Source: Bradymonadia bacterium (GTDB taxonomy: Bacteria > Myxococcota_A > Bradymonadia > UBA7976 > UBA1532). From it: a stretch of DNA of 64,000 nucleotides. The notes under the pieces were generated by a model. The model ran no database searches and was not told where the DNA came from. It saw only the letters and a list, made by a program, of their open reading frames with translations. The stretch spans positions 96,001 through 160,000 of the forward strand of contig JBKAGE010000071.1 in the NCBI GenBank assembly GCA_046290225.1. Reading direction: 5' to 3'. Within the stretch, counting starts at the first letter, position 1. Each line of letters starts with the position of its first letter. The position numbers and the translations under genes were made by a program. Positions 10,492-21,922 of this stretch are shown one piece after another.

Positions 10492-11790
10492 ATGAAGAGC
10501 GGTAACCCTTTCAAGATGATGTTGCTGATCTGCCTCGGGATGGCGGGCTGCGACGATGGTGACAGCGGAGGGGCCGAGTCATCGGCACCTGATGCACAGA
10601 TCAGCGACATGGCTATGGATGGAGGCGGAGGTGGGGAGACCGACGCCGAGATCATGAACACGCCAGACGCTGAGGTCGATGCCGGGCCCATGCTGGATCA
10701 GCCCTACACGGCGATCCTCGATCTACCCGAAGTGCCTTTCAACTACGCCAACCCGGAGATCCCTGATCACTTCAGGGTAGAGACGCTGCGTTTCGCGGGT
10801 CAGACCACCGTGGTCTTTGAAGACAACACCCCCGAGGACAACCCCACCACCGATCACGGGGCCACCCTCGGCCGGGTGCTGTTCTACGACAAGCACCTCA
10901 GCTTCAACGGCACGGTCTCGTGTGCTTCCTGCCACAAGGCCGAGCTCGGCTTCTCGGACGACAGGGTCTTGAGTGAAGGGTTCGAGGGAGGCGATACCGG
11001 ACGTCACTCGATGGGGCTGGCCAACGCCCGGTTCTACCGCGACGGCATGTTCTTCTGGGATCAGCGCGCCGCCACTCTGGAAGAGCAGGTGCTGGAGCCT
11101 TTCCAGGATCCGGTGGAGATGGGGATGACCCTCGAGGGGCTCTTGGAGCGCGTGCGTCTGGGTGATTACTACCCGCCGCTCTTCGAATCGGCCTTCGGCG
11201 ATGACGAGATCACCGCGGAGCGCATCTCGAAGGCCCTGGCGCAGTTCATCCGCAGCATGGTGAGTGCCACCAGCCCGTATGACGACGGCCGGGCGCAGGT
11301 GGCGAGCCGCGGCGATGATTTCCCCAACTTCACCTTCGAGGAGAACCGCGGGAAGTTCCTCTTCGTGAACCCGCCCCCCCTGGGCGGTCTGGGCTGCTTC
11401 TTCTGCCATCAGGGGGAGGCCTTCATCGCCTTCGAAGCAACCAACAACGGCCTCGACGCCACCAACAAGATCGACAAGGGGTATGGCGAGGTCACGGGGG
11501 AAGAGACCGACATGGGCAAGTTCAAGGTGCCCTCGCTGCGCAACGTCGGGTTGCGGGCGCCCTACATGCACGACGGCCGCTTCGCCACGCTGGAAGAGGT
11601 GATCGACCACTACAGCGATGGTCTGCAGCCCAACCCCAACCTGGGGCCGCCCTTCGGCGTGCGGAACGGGCGGGCGACGCGCCTCAACTTGTCCAACGAC
11701 GAGAAGTCGGCCCTCGTGGCGTTCCTGCACACCCTCACCGACCTGGACATGGTGAACGATCCGAAGTTCAGTGACCCCTTCATAGAGTAG
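10492..11790 (+). CDS. Di-heme cytochrome c peroxidase (CCP/MauG family) lipoprotein
   Basis: Lipobox MAGC; LGRVLFYD, CASCH, FFWDQRA, CFFCH, FKVPSLRNV, APYMHDGRF. Confidence 0.93.
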   Translation: MKSGNPFKMMLLICLGMAGCDDGDSGGAESSAPDAQISDMAMDGGGGGETDAEIMNTPDAEVDAGPMLDQPYTAILDLPEVPFNYANPEIPDHFRVETLRFAGQTTVVFEDNTPEDNPTTDHGATLGRVLFYDKHLSFNGTVSCASCHKAELGFSDDRVLSEGFEGGDTGRHSMGLANARFYRDGMFFWDQRAATLEEQVLEPFQDPVEMGMTLEGLLERVRLGDYYPPLFESAFGDDEITAERISKALAQFIRSMVSATSPYDDGRAQVASRGDDFPNFTFEENRGKFLFVNPPPLGGLGCFFCHQGEAFIAFEATNNGLDATNKIDKGYGEVTGEETDMGKFKVPSLRNVGLRAPYMHDGRFATLEEVIDHYSDGLQPNPNLGPPFGVRNGRATRLNLSNDEKSALVAFLHTLTDLDMVNDPKFSDPFIE

Positions 11791-11840
11791 AGCCACAGGC
11801 CCGGATTGGCTGAGCTGTGACGAGTGTCTGTGTTGGGCCC

Positions 11841-12313
11841 TTGTAGGCAGTCGTCGCTGCGCTTCGCCTGCGTAGGCGCCAGGCCTTCGGCACATCTTCG
11901 ATGCGCCTCGTCGGTCGCGTACACGTCGGCATACTCGCTGGCGCGAGCAGGCCTCCGGGTAGGCAGGGTCGCTCAATGCTGACGCATTGATTGCTCGCTC
12001 CCCTGCGTAAAGAGCTTCTTCTGTATCTTGTTGCTGAACCTCGTCGGGATTCGACCTACCGCGAACCTGCAATCCTCTGAGTCTCAGCGCTCGGCGTAAG
12101 CCCCAATAGCGCCGGAATCAGTGCAAAGTCACACCAGAACTGGCTTTTTACGCAGGGGAGCGAGCAAGAAGGGCGAAGCCCTGAGCGACCCTGCCTACCC
12201 GGAGGCCTGCTCGCCTCAGCGAGTGCGCCGAGGTGTACGCAGCTCCAAGGCGGGCCGAAGGCCGGCCGACAAAGCTGCCTACGCAGGCGGAGCGAAGCGA
12301 CGACTGCCTACAA
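11841..12313. mobile_element. REPIN/MITE-like palindromic element, copy 1
   Basis: Imperfect inverted arms of ~170 bp (11841-12011 and 12147-12313), starting TTGTAGGCAG and ending CTGCCTACAA, around a ~135-bp spacer; homologous to 50695-51181. Confidence 0.85.
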
Positions 12314-12441
12314 AGGCCCAGCCACAACACCCATCACTGCCCAATACACCTGTTGAACAACTCGGCACAGAGCAGCCGAGGGCGGTTTCCTCTGCGAGTT
12401 CGACCGGGTAGGATGCCCCCGCCACGCGACCGGGAGCCCCT

Positions 12442-14348
12442 ATGGCCGATCTCGACCTGACCACCCCCGAACCTCCACTCACATTCGAAGACTGGCGTGC
12501 CAGAGTAGAGCGTGATCTCAAGGGCGCCGACTTCGAGAAGCGGTTGGTGACCCCCACGCTGGAGGGCATCGACGTTCAGCCGCTCTACCACCGTGAAGGG
12601 CCTGCTCTGGCCACAGGTGCACGGCGAGATGGCAGAGCGCCGGGCTGGATCATCGCCAGCCGCATCGACGCGCCGGATCCCCAGGTGGCCGCCGAGGCCA
12701 TCACCACAGATCTGGCCTTCGGGGTCGAGCAGCTGCGCTTCGTCACAGACGTCTCCGTACGCCTGGGCGGCATGCCCGAAGGTGATGGGGTGGTCCTCGA
12801 CTCTGCTGGGGCGCTGCTCACGGCGCTGAGTGAGGTTGATCTGAAGCGCGTGCACCTCGCCTTCGAGGTGGGCGCACGGGGTCCGGTCATGGCCCAAATG
12901 CTCGATCTCGTCGCCCGTGATCGCGGCGTGTCTCTGAGCGCACTCAACGGCGAGATCGGCGCCGATCCGTTGGGGGCCCTCGCCGCCGATGGCGCGCTCC
13001 CTGTCTCCATCGAGGCTGCCTTCGACGATCTGCGGGCCCTGGCCCGGTGGGCCCACGAACGGGCCCCGGGGTTGCGGGCCGCCCGAGTCTCCGTGGCACC
13101 TCATCAAGAGTGCGGCGCCCACTGGGGGCAGGCGGTCTCCTGGGCCCTCGCCACGGGCCTGACGTACCTGCGGGCGCTCACCGAAGGCGAGGGCGCCCTC
13201 ACCGTGGCCGAGGCCGCGTCGCAGATGTGCTTCGAGGTGGCCGTGGGCCGTGACACCTTCATGGCCATCGCCGGCATCCGGGCGCTGCGTCACACCTGGG
13301 GTCGTGTGCTCGAGGCCTGTGGTGCACCCGAAGCCAGCGTGCACACCCGCATTCACAGCCGCACCGCCCGCCACGGCCTCAGCCGTCGCGACGCCCGAGT
13401 GAACATGCTCCGCACCACGGCGGCGGCTTTCGCCAGCGTGCTCGGCGGCGCGGACTCGGTCTCGGTGACGCCGTTCGATCGACCCCTCGGGGTGCCCACC
13501 GCCGACGCTCGACGCCACGCGCTGCACATCCAGACCCTGCTGCGCGAAGAGGCCCACCTCGGCAAGGTGGCTGATCCCGCAGGGGGCAGCGCCTACATCG
13601 AGGCCCTCACCGAGGCCTTGTGCGAGAAAGCCTGGGCCGGCCTGCAGCAGATCGAGCGGGAGCGGGGCATGGTCCGCCGCGTCATCTCCGGCCGGGTGGC
13701 CGCCGCTGTGGCCGAGACCGCAGTTGAGCGCCGTCGCCGCATCGCCCGAGCCAAAGATCCGCTCGTGGGGGTGAGCGCCTTCCCGTGGCTCGACGAGCCC
13801 GTAGCGGCGAACCGCCCTGCGCGACGCCCAGATGTGGGCGAAGAGAGCCTCACCGGCGAGGCCCCTGAGCCCGAAGCCGTGGTGGCCCCGGCCATGGCCC
13901 CCTTCAGCGAGGCCCACGAGTTCGAGTACTTGCGGGACATGAGCGACGCCGTGCTCGCCAACACCGGGGCGCGCCCCTCGGTGTTCCTTGCCAACATCGG
14001 CCCGCTGGCCCACTACAAACCCCGGGCCGACTTCAGCGCTCAGCTGCTCGCCGCGGGGGGCATCGCCGCCCTCGATCAGGGCGGCTACGACACCGCAGAG
14101 GCCGCAGCGGAGGCCTTCACCGCCTCTGGTGCGGCTGCGGCGGTGCTGTGCGGACGAGACGGCGATTATGTCGAGGTGGCCGAGGGCTTCGCCCAGGCCC
14201 TCAAGGCCGCAGGGGCACAGACGGTGATGCTCGCCGGGCGTCCAGGGGAGCACGAGGCGGCGTGGCGCACGGCTGGCGTCGACACCTTCATCTATCGGGG
14301 GGTGAACATCCTCGCCGTGCTCCACGGGCTCATGGAGGAGGTTGGCAA

Positions 14349-14352
<4 letters not shown>
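12442..14352 (+). CDS. mutA: Methylmalonyl-CoA mutase small (beta) subunit
   Basis: [53 protein letters not shown]-terminal B12-binding-like domain lacking DxHxxG. Confidence 0.92.
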
Positions 14353-16496
<2,144 letters not shown>

Positions 16497-16506
16497 GCGC
16501 CCCATC

Positions 16507-17499
16507 GTGAAGCCCGCCCCCACAGTCGAAGACTACATCGCAGGTGTACGCGCTGGTGATCGGGCCACCCTCGCCCGGGCCATCACCCTCATCGAGTCCG
16601 ATCTGCCCGCCCACGCCGAGAAAGCGCAGGCCGTGCTTCAAGGCCTGACCCCACACGCCGGCGGCGCACTGCGCGTGGGCATGAGCGGTGTGCCCGGGGT
16701 GGGGAAGAGCACCCTCATCGAGTCGCTGGGCACTCAACTCACCGAGCAGGGCCACCGCGTCGCCGTGCTCGCCGTGGATCCATCGAGCGCCCTCACCGGC
16801 GGCAGCATCCTCGGCGACAAGACCCGCATGGGGCAGCTCTCAGTGAACCCTGACGCCTACATCCGCCCGTCGCCCGCGGGACGCACCCTCGGCGGCGTGG
16901 CCCGCAAGACCCTCGAGACGATGACCGTGTGCGAGGCCGCGGGCTTCGACGTGATCATCGTGGAGACTGTGGGGGTGGGGCAGTCCGAGGCCCTGGCCTC
17001 GGAGATGGTGGACACCTTCGTGGTGCTGATGCTCGCCGGGGCAGGCGATGAACTGCAGGGCATCAAGCGGGGGATCCTCGAGCTCGCCGACGTGCTGGCC
17101 ATCAACAAGGCCGATGGCGATAACCTGCCCCGCGCCCGCGCCGCTCAGGGCGCATATCGCTCGGCGTTACGCTATCTGCACCCACCGGGGAGCCTCTGGG
17201 CGCCGCCAGTGCTCACCGTGAGTGGTCAGACCGGCGACGGTCTGGAGCGGCTATGGTCCACGGTGGTGGAGCATCGCGAGCACCTGGAGTCGTCGGGCGC
17301 CCTCGCCGAGAAACGCAGCGCGCAGCAGCTGGGCTGGATGTGGCGTTTGGTGGAGGGGGCGCTCAAAGACGCATTGCATCGCCACCCGGCTGTTTCGGCA
17401 GCGCTGCCCACGCTGAAGCAGCAGGTTCTTCGGGGCGAGGTGGCCCCCGCAGTGGCGGCGAAGCGAGTGCTTGGGGTCTTTGGCGTGAGTGATGCATGA
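16507..17499 (+). CDS. meaB: Methylmalonyl-CoA mutase-associated GTPase
   Basis: GVPGVGKST, AVDPSS, GGSILGDKTRM, ETVGVGQSE, NKAD. Confidence 0.96.
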   Translation: MKPAPTVEDYIAGVRAGDRATLARAITLIESDLPAHAEKAQAVLQGLTPHAGGALRVGMSGVPGVGKSTLIESLGTQLTEQGHRVAVLAVDPSSALTGGSILGDKTRMGQLSVNPDAYIRPSPAGRTLGGVARKTLETMTVCEAAGFDVIIVETVGVGQSEALASEMVDTFVVLMLAGAGDELQGIKRGILELADVLAINKADGDNLPRARAAQGAYRSALRYLHPPGSLWAPPVLTVSGQTGDGLERLWSTVVEHREHLESSGALAEKRSAQQLGWMWRLVEGALKDALHRHPAVSAALPTLKQQVLRGEVAPAVAAKRVLGVFGVSDA

Positions 17500-20306
17500 C
17501 AGAGACCACCAAGCTACTCTCGACGCTCACCGAGCAACTTCAGCAGTCACCCTCAACCGCCATCTTCGAGGGTGTATTGAGCACCCTGCGCCAGCTCGCG
17601 CTGTTCGACAGGCCCGCCTTCGATGCAGAGGCCTTGCCCCTTGTAGAGGCGCAACTGGAGCGGTTCCCGAGTCACATGCGGCTCGGTGATGATGAGCTCA
17701 TCGTCGATCTCGTCGGAGGCACTGTCCCGCTCAGCATTCTCCGTGTCGTCTCGGCCCTCGACATGGGCCTGATGCTGGCCAGCCCCACCGACAGGCGGCG
17801 GCTCAAAACGTGGCTTGTGGGCTATCCGGTAGATGGCCCCACCATCGAAGGTGTGCGCTGGCGCATGCCCGAAGGTTACGGGCCTATGGCTTTGGAGCAC
17901 TTCACGATGCGAGGCCCCATGCTCGCTTCGCCGCTCTTCAGGTCGCTCCGGGTCTTCGATGCCTCACAGACGGGGGCGTGCGTCAGTGTTTTCGAGCATC
18001 CGGAGCAGGTCTCCACCACAGGGGACGACCATTTTCTAGGGTTCAGGCTCGACGAGGTGGCGGCGATCTCCGAGCAGCTTGAGGTCATCAACCTCTTCGG
18101 CGAGGCGCAGGGGTTCAGCCTGCCCCAGGGCTGGGGTCAGGGGACGCATCCGCTCCGAAAGACGCTCCGAGCGGTCAATGTCGGTGGCGGGTTGCCCATC
18201 GACCATGGCGCAGCGCTGCGGCTGGTGCACGGCTCTACAGTCCAGGCGCTCTATGCCGAAGCTGGATCTGTAGCCGAGCAATGGGTGAGGGGAGAGGGTG
18301 AAGAGCCCTTCACACCCAGCGCGCCGTGGACGCCCGAGCAGGTGCGGAGTGTACGTGGCCACGTCGACACGCTCATCTATGGCCACACAGGCTCTGCCAC
18401 GATCTACACACCGCATGCACTCACAGACTGGTGCACGTGGTTCGGCACTGACACCCCGCCACCGAGCTGGCCTGAGGTGCCCCCTGTCGCGCAGAAGTCT
18501 GGCAAGGCTTCCAGTGGGTCCCGCTCTGAACCCGAGGCAGATCTGGCGCAGCTGCAGTCGCTTCTGAATCAACCACCAGCCTTAGATGCCCCTGAGTTCG
18601 ATCAGGACACGTGGAGGCTGCAGGTGTGTCGTTTGATCGAGGCCGCACACACCGCCGATCCTGATGTGTATGCCCACACATGGCGCCCGATCCTCGATGC
18701 CCAGGGTGAGCTCTGGGCGCGGTGGCCGCTCAAGTACATCCGGAGTGGGGCGCAGCTGACCACCTGGTCAGAGCGGATCCCCTTCGCTCAGATTGGAGCC
18801 ACGGTCTCCTCGGATGTCGAGACCATCGAGACGCTGGCTCAGGCCAACGGCCTCGAGCGTGTGGTGCATTTGAGCCTGAGAGGCCAGTGCCCTGAGCAAG
18901 GTCACATCGCTGAGCTGCTGAGTAAGCCACTGACTGCGCTGAAAATTCTGAACATCAACTTCAGGATCAATCACGCCGTCGCCGAGGCGCTGTGTCAGTC
19001 TCCACACCTGAAGGCGCTACAGGAACTCCACGTCGCAGGCCTCTCTTCCGCAGCGTTGCGCGTCCTCAGCGATGCGCCGCTTTCGAAACAGCTCACCGTG
19101 GTCAAGCACATTGATCTCGACGAAGGCGCGGCGCAGACGCTCGCCCGCTCGGGGGCGCTGCCCAATGTGGAGCAGCTGCGATGCTGGAATATGTCCTCTG
19201 GCGCCGCTGGGGCCCTCGCCGAGGCCCACCACATGACATCGTTGACCGCGCTGAGCATCAATATCCGGAATCAGCGCGCAGATGACATGGCCCGTCTACT
19301 CCAGGCACCACAGATGGCCTCTGTGAAGCATCTCGTGCTGGATGGTCAGAGCAATGCCTTCGAGCCACTGGCCCTCGCTGCCGAGCTGCCAGCCTTGCAG
19401 ACCCTGCACTGCGAGACTGTCTTCGAAGGTCTGCCCGAGGCGCCTCTCCTCGCAGGGGCGCCCAACCTGAAGCGCTTGACGCTCAGATGCTACAGCAGCG
19501 GTCACAACCCCAAACCCCTGGCGGCGTGCGAGGCGCTCCAGGGCATCACCGCGCTCGACCTCTCCAGCGTTTCGCTCAAAGCCCCTGGCGTGAAGGCGCT
19601 CCTCAAATCGCCGTACCTCGATGCTTTGGAGCAGCTGGTGCTGGAGCACGTGTACCCGACGAAGGGCAACACCCAGGCCTGGGCCACTCTCAAACGATGG
19701 CCTGTGCATCTCTCCTCTCTCGATCTGGGGCGGAACAACATCAACCACGAGGGGCTCGAGGGCTTCCTTGAGTGTGGGCTGTTGCCCCAGCTGCGGGCGC
19801 TCACGTTGAGCCAGAACCCCATCAACCCCGAAGGGATGAAGGCGATCTGTGCCCGAGAGGCCCTCTCGGGGCTGCACACATTGAAGATGAAGAGCACCGC
19901 CATCGGTGATGCGGGGGCAAAGGCCCTGGCCAGGTCTCACTTGCTGGGGCTTCGAACGCTCGACGTATCGAGCTGCGACATCACCGCGGTGGGCATGCGG
20001 GCGCTGGCGAAGTCCGAGGTGCTCGCGGGGGTCACCACGCTCGACCTCAGTGGCAACATGCTTGGTGACGCGGGCTTGCGAGCGTTGGCGAAGAGCCCTC
20101 ACCTTGAACACCTCGAGGTGCTCGATCTCGGGTATACGGGCATCGGTGACGCGGGGTTGAAGGCCTTGGCGAAGGGGCCCGCGCTGGGGCGGCTGAAGCG
20201 GCTCGTGCTCAGCGGCAACGGGCTCGACTATACCGGGCCTGGGGTGAAGGCGTTGAAGGCCTCTACAGTGCTTCCCGATGCATCACGATTGTTCTTCTTG
20301 AGGTAG
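17496..20306 (+). CDS. Leucine-rich repeat protein (RNI-like LRRs)
   Basis: C-terminal ~28-aa repeats LxxLxLxxNxIGDAGxxALA; ATGA overlap with the meaB stop. Confidence 0.85.
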   Translation: MTETTKLLSTLTEQLQQSPSTAIFEGVLSTLRQLALFDRPAFDAEALPLVEAQLERFPSHMRLGDDELIVDLVGGTVPLSILRVVSALDMGLMLASPTDRRRLKTWLVGYPVDGPTIEGVRWRMPEGYGPMALEHFTMRGPMLASPLFRSLRVFDASQTGACVSVFEHPEQVSTTGDDHFLGFRLDEVAAISEQLEVINLFGEAQGFSLPQGWGQGTHPLRKTLRAVNVGGGLPIDHGAALRLVHGSTVQALYAEAGSVAEQWVRGEGEEPFTPSAPWTPEQVRSVRGHVDTLIYGHTGSATIYTPHALTDWCTWFGTDTPPPSWPEVPPVAQKSGKASSGSRSEPEADLAQLQSLLNQPPALDAPEFDQDTWRLQVCRLIEAAHTADPDVYAHTWRPILDAQGELWARWPLKYIRSGAQLTTWSERIPFAQIGATVSSDVETIETLAQANGLERVVHLSLRGQCPEQGHIAELLSKPLTALKILNINFRINHAVAEALCQSPHLKALQELHVAGLSSAALRVLSDAPLSKQLTVVKHIDLDEGAAQTLARSGALPNVEQLRCWNMSSGAAGALAEAHHMTSLTALSINIRNQRADDMARLLQAPQMASVKHLVLDGQSNAFEPLALAAELPALQTLHCETVFEGLPEAPLLAGAPNLKRLTLRCYSSGHNPKPLAACEALQGITALDLSSVSLKAPGVKALLKSPYLDALEQLVLEHVYPTKGNTQAWATLKRWPVHLSSLDLGRNNINHEGLEGFLECGLLPQLRALTLSQNPINPEGMKAICAREALSGLHTLKMKSTAIGDAGAKALARSHLLGLRTLDVSSCDITAVGMRALAKSEVLAGVTTLDLSGNMLGDAGLRALAKSPHLEHLEVLDLGYTGIGDAGLKALAKGPALGRLKRLVLSGNGLDYTGPGVKALKASTVLPDASRLFFLR

Positions 20307-20363
20307 TCATTCTGCTGGGGAACAGCGCGATGTGGTTGACTCTCCGAGCGTCGTTCGTAAGCA

Positions 20364-20380
20364 TACCATGAGGTATGGTA
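20364..20380. promoter_or_regulatory. Putative TetR operator TACCAT-N5-ATGGTA
   Basis: Perfect 6-bp inverted repeat 11 nt upstream of the ATG of a two-gene unit that ends in a TetR gene; TTGACT at 20336-20341. Confidence 0.55.
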
Positions 20381-20391
20381 CGGAGCGTCTC

Positions 20392-20757
20392 ATGAACACC
20401 TTCCTGCTCATCGCCGCCATATTTTCTGGCATCACGTGGGCACTGCACACCTTCCTCGGGGGCCGCGAGCTGGTGCCGCCGTTGCTTTCGGCAGAGGTTC
20501 ATCCGGTGCCCAAGTTCACCCACTACTACTGCTGGCATCTCGTCACGTTGACGCTGGCGATCATGGCTCTGGGCTATCTCTACGCAGCCTTCTTCCCTGG
20601 AGGCAGTGATGTGGCAATCATGCTCACCATCCTCTCGGCCACCTTCGCGCTCTGGAGCGTGTACCTGGTGCAATGGAAGCAGCAGCGGTGGTTTCAAATG
20701 CCTCAGTGGGTACTCTTTCTGAGCATCACTGGGGTGGCGATCCCGGGGCTGATATGA
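20392..20757 (+). CDS. Small four-TM membrane protein
   Basis: ATG after GGAG; four hydrophobic helices; HTFLGG, CWH and PQW motifs. Confidence 0.8.
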   Translation: MNTFLLIAAIFSGITWALHTFLGGRELVPPLLSAEVHPVPKFTHYYCWHLVTLTLAIMALGYLYAAFFPGGSDVAIMLTILSATFALWSVYLVQWKQQRWFQMPQWVLFLSITGVAIPGLI

Positions 20758-21272
20758 GCGGGCGACTCACGCGAGCAGACTGGTCCAGTCTCGCCCTCAG
20801 AGTGCTCTCCGAAGAGGGGCCCGAAGGCCTGACCATCGCGAGGCTGTGCGAGCGAGCGGGCAAGACTCGGGGATCGCTCTACCATCATTTTCCCGGGCGT
20901 GAGGCGTTGCTCGAGGCCACCCTCGAGGCCTGGCGAGCGCGGAACACTGATGCGCTGATCCAAGCCACCCCGCCCGAGCGTGGGGCCGCGGGTCATCTGA
21001 ACGAGCTGGCCCTGGCGCTGGATTTCGAACTGGAGCAAGCCGCCCGTCGGCTGATCAGCCGCGAGCCCTGGCTCGAACGTCATATCCGAGAAGTCGATGC
21101 TGCCCGCATCGAGCACTTGAAGCGTCTCAACGCGGCGGAAGGCGTCGACGAAGAGACCGCACAAACGCAAGCTGAGTTGGAGTACGCGATCTTCCTCGGT
21201 GTGCAGCAGCTCGACCTCACGCCAGAGCGGATCAAGACGCTCTATGCGTGGTTCGTGGACAAGTTGAGCTGA
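20754..21272 (+). CDS. TetR/AcrR family regulator
   Basis: LTIARLCERAGKTRGSLYHHF HTH; ATGA overlap with the upstream gene. Confidence 0.92.
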   Translation: MSGRLTRADWSSLALRVLSEEGPEGLTIARLCERAGKTRGSLYHHFPGREALLEATLEAWRARNTDALIQATPPERGAAGHLNELALALDFELEQAARRLISREPWLERHIREVDAARIEHLKRLNAAEGVDEETAQTQAELEYAIFLGVQQLDLTPERIKTLYAWFVDKLS

Positions 21273-21281
21273 AGCGGGTGC

Positions 21282-21860
21282 TCAGGGTGTCTCGATGAGT
21301 TGAAGAGTTGTCACCACGGCTGTGCCCACCACCTTGGCCCCCTCGTGCATTTTGAGCACCCGGCCCACGGCGACCTCTCTCCAGGAAGGCACATGACGCG
21401 GGTGTAAACGCACCATCGTCGTCTCTCCAGGAGCGAGCTCGCTCACTCCCTCGAGGGTGATGGGGGCACCACACAAACACAGCCCGCGGGCGTCGGGGTT
21501 GTGGTTGATGTTCCAGTCTGCCCGGTAGCCCGAGAAGATCGGCTTCGAGCGTCCTTCTTCGGGGCCCATGAGCGTCAGCTCGGCCTCGATGTAGCCGGAG
21601 CGCACTGCGTAGCTCCTCAACCAGCACTTCTGAGCAGAGTTGCGGAGCTTCAGCTCGCTGAAGGTCTGCGTCAGCGCCTTCCAGAAATCCAGTGACGCAT
21701 CACCCCGTGCGTCCGCATGCTGTACCAGCAGATCCGCAACAAAACGGGTCTCGTAGCTTCGCATGTGCTCATGCAGGTCATCGGGGAGGGGGATGGGGCT
21801 GAGCTCGATGGCTCGCGCCAGATGGAGGTTGGCTCTGTGGAGCGCTGTTTGCCCGGACAT
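21282..21860 (-). CDS. Hypothetical protein with C-terminal EF-Tu domain III-like region
   Basis: EAELTLMGPEEGRSKPIFSGYRAD...LAPGE...HEGAKVVGTAVV resembles EF-Tu [23 protein letters not shown]...VMPGD...REGGRTVGAGVV. Confidence 0.7.
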   Translation of the reverse strand: MSGQTALHRANLHLARAIELSPIPLPDDLHEHMRSYETRFVADLLVQHADARGDASLDFWKALTQTFSELKLRNSAQKCWLRSYAVRSGYIEAELTLMGPEEGRSKPIFSGYRADWNINHNPDARGLCLCGAPITLEGVSELAPGETTMVRLHPRHVPSWREVAVGRVLKMHEGAKVVGTAVVTTLQLIETP

Positions 21861-21922
21861 CGAGAGCAGATCGCAGAAGGCTGGAAGGTGAGGTCAGTCG
21901 CCCGTAAGAGCGTGTATTCGTC

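Noticed and set aside
12121..12411. Short ORFs sharing LSDPAYPEACS and AERSDDC (also near 50646 and 50884)
   Set aside because: Translations of the palindromic repeat element, not a protein family
12320..12441. Cobalamin riboswitch upstream of the mutase operon
   Set aside because: No recognisable B12-box; the structure upstream is explained by the repeat element
14148..14348. N-terminal extension of the mutase large subunit in the ORF track
   Set aside because: Overlaps the small-subunit gene; the ATG at 14349 has a GGAGG RBS and ATGA coupling
21282..21860. tuf pseudogene
   Set aside because: Only a divergent domain III-like region inside an intact ORF; no GTPase remnant
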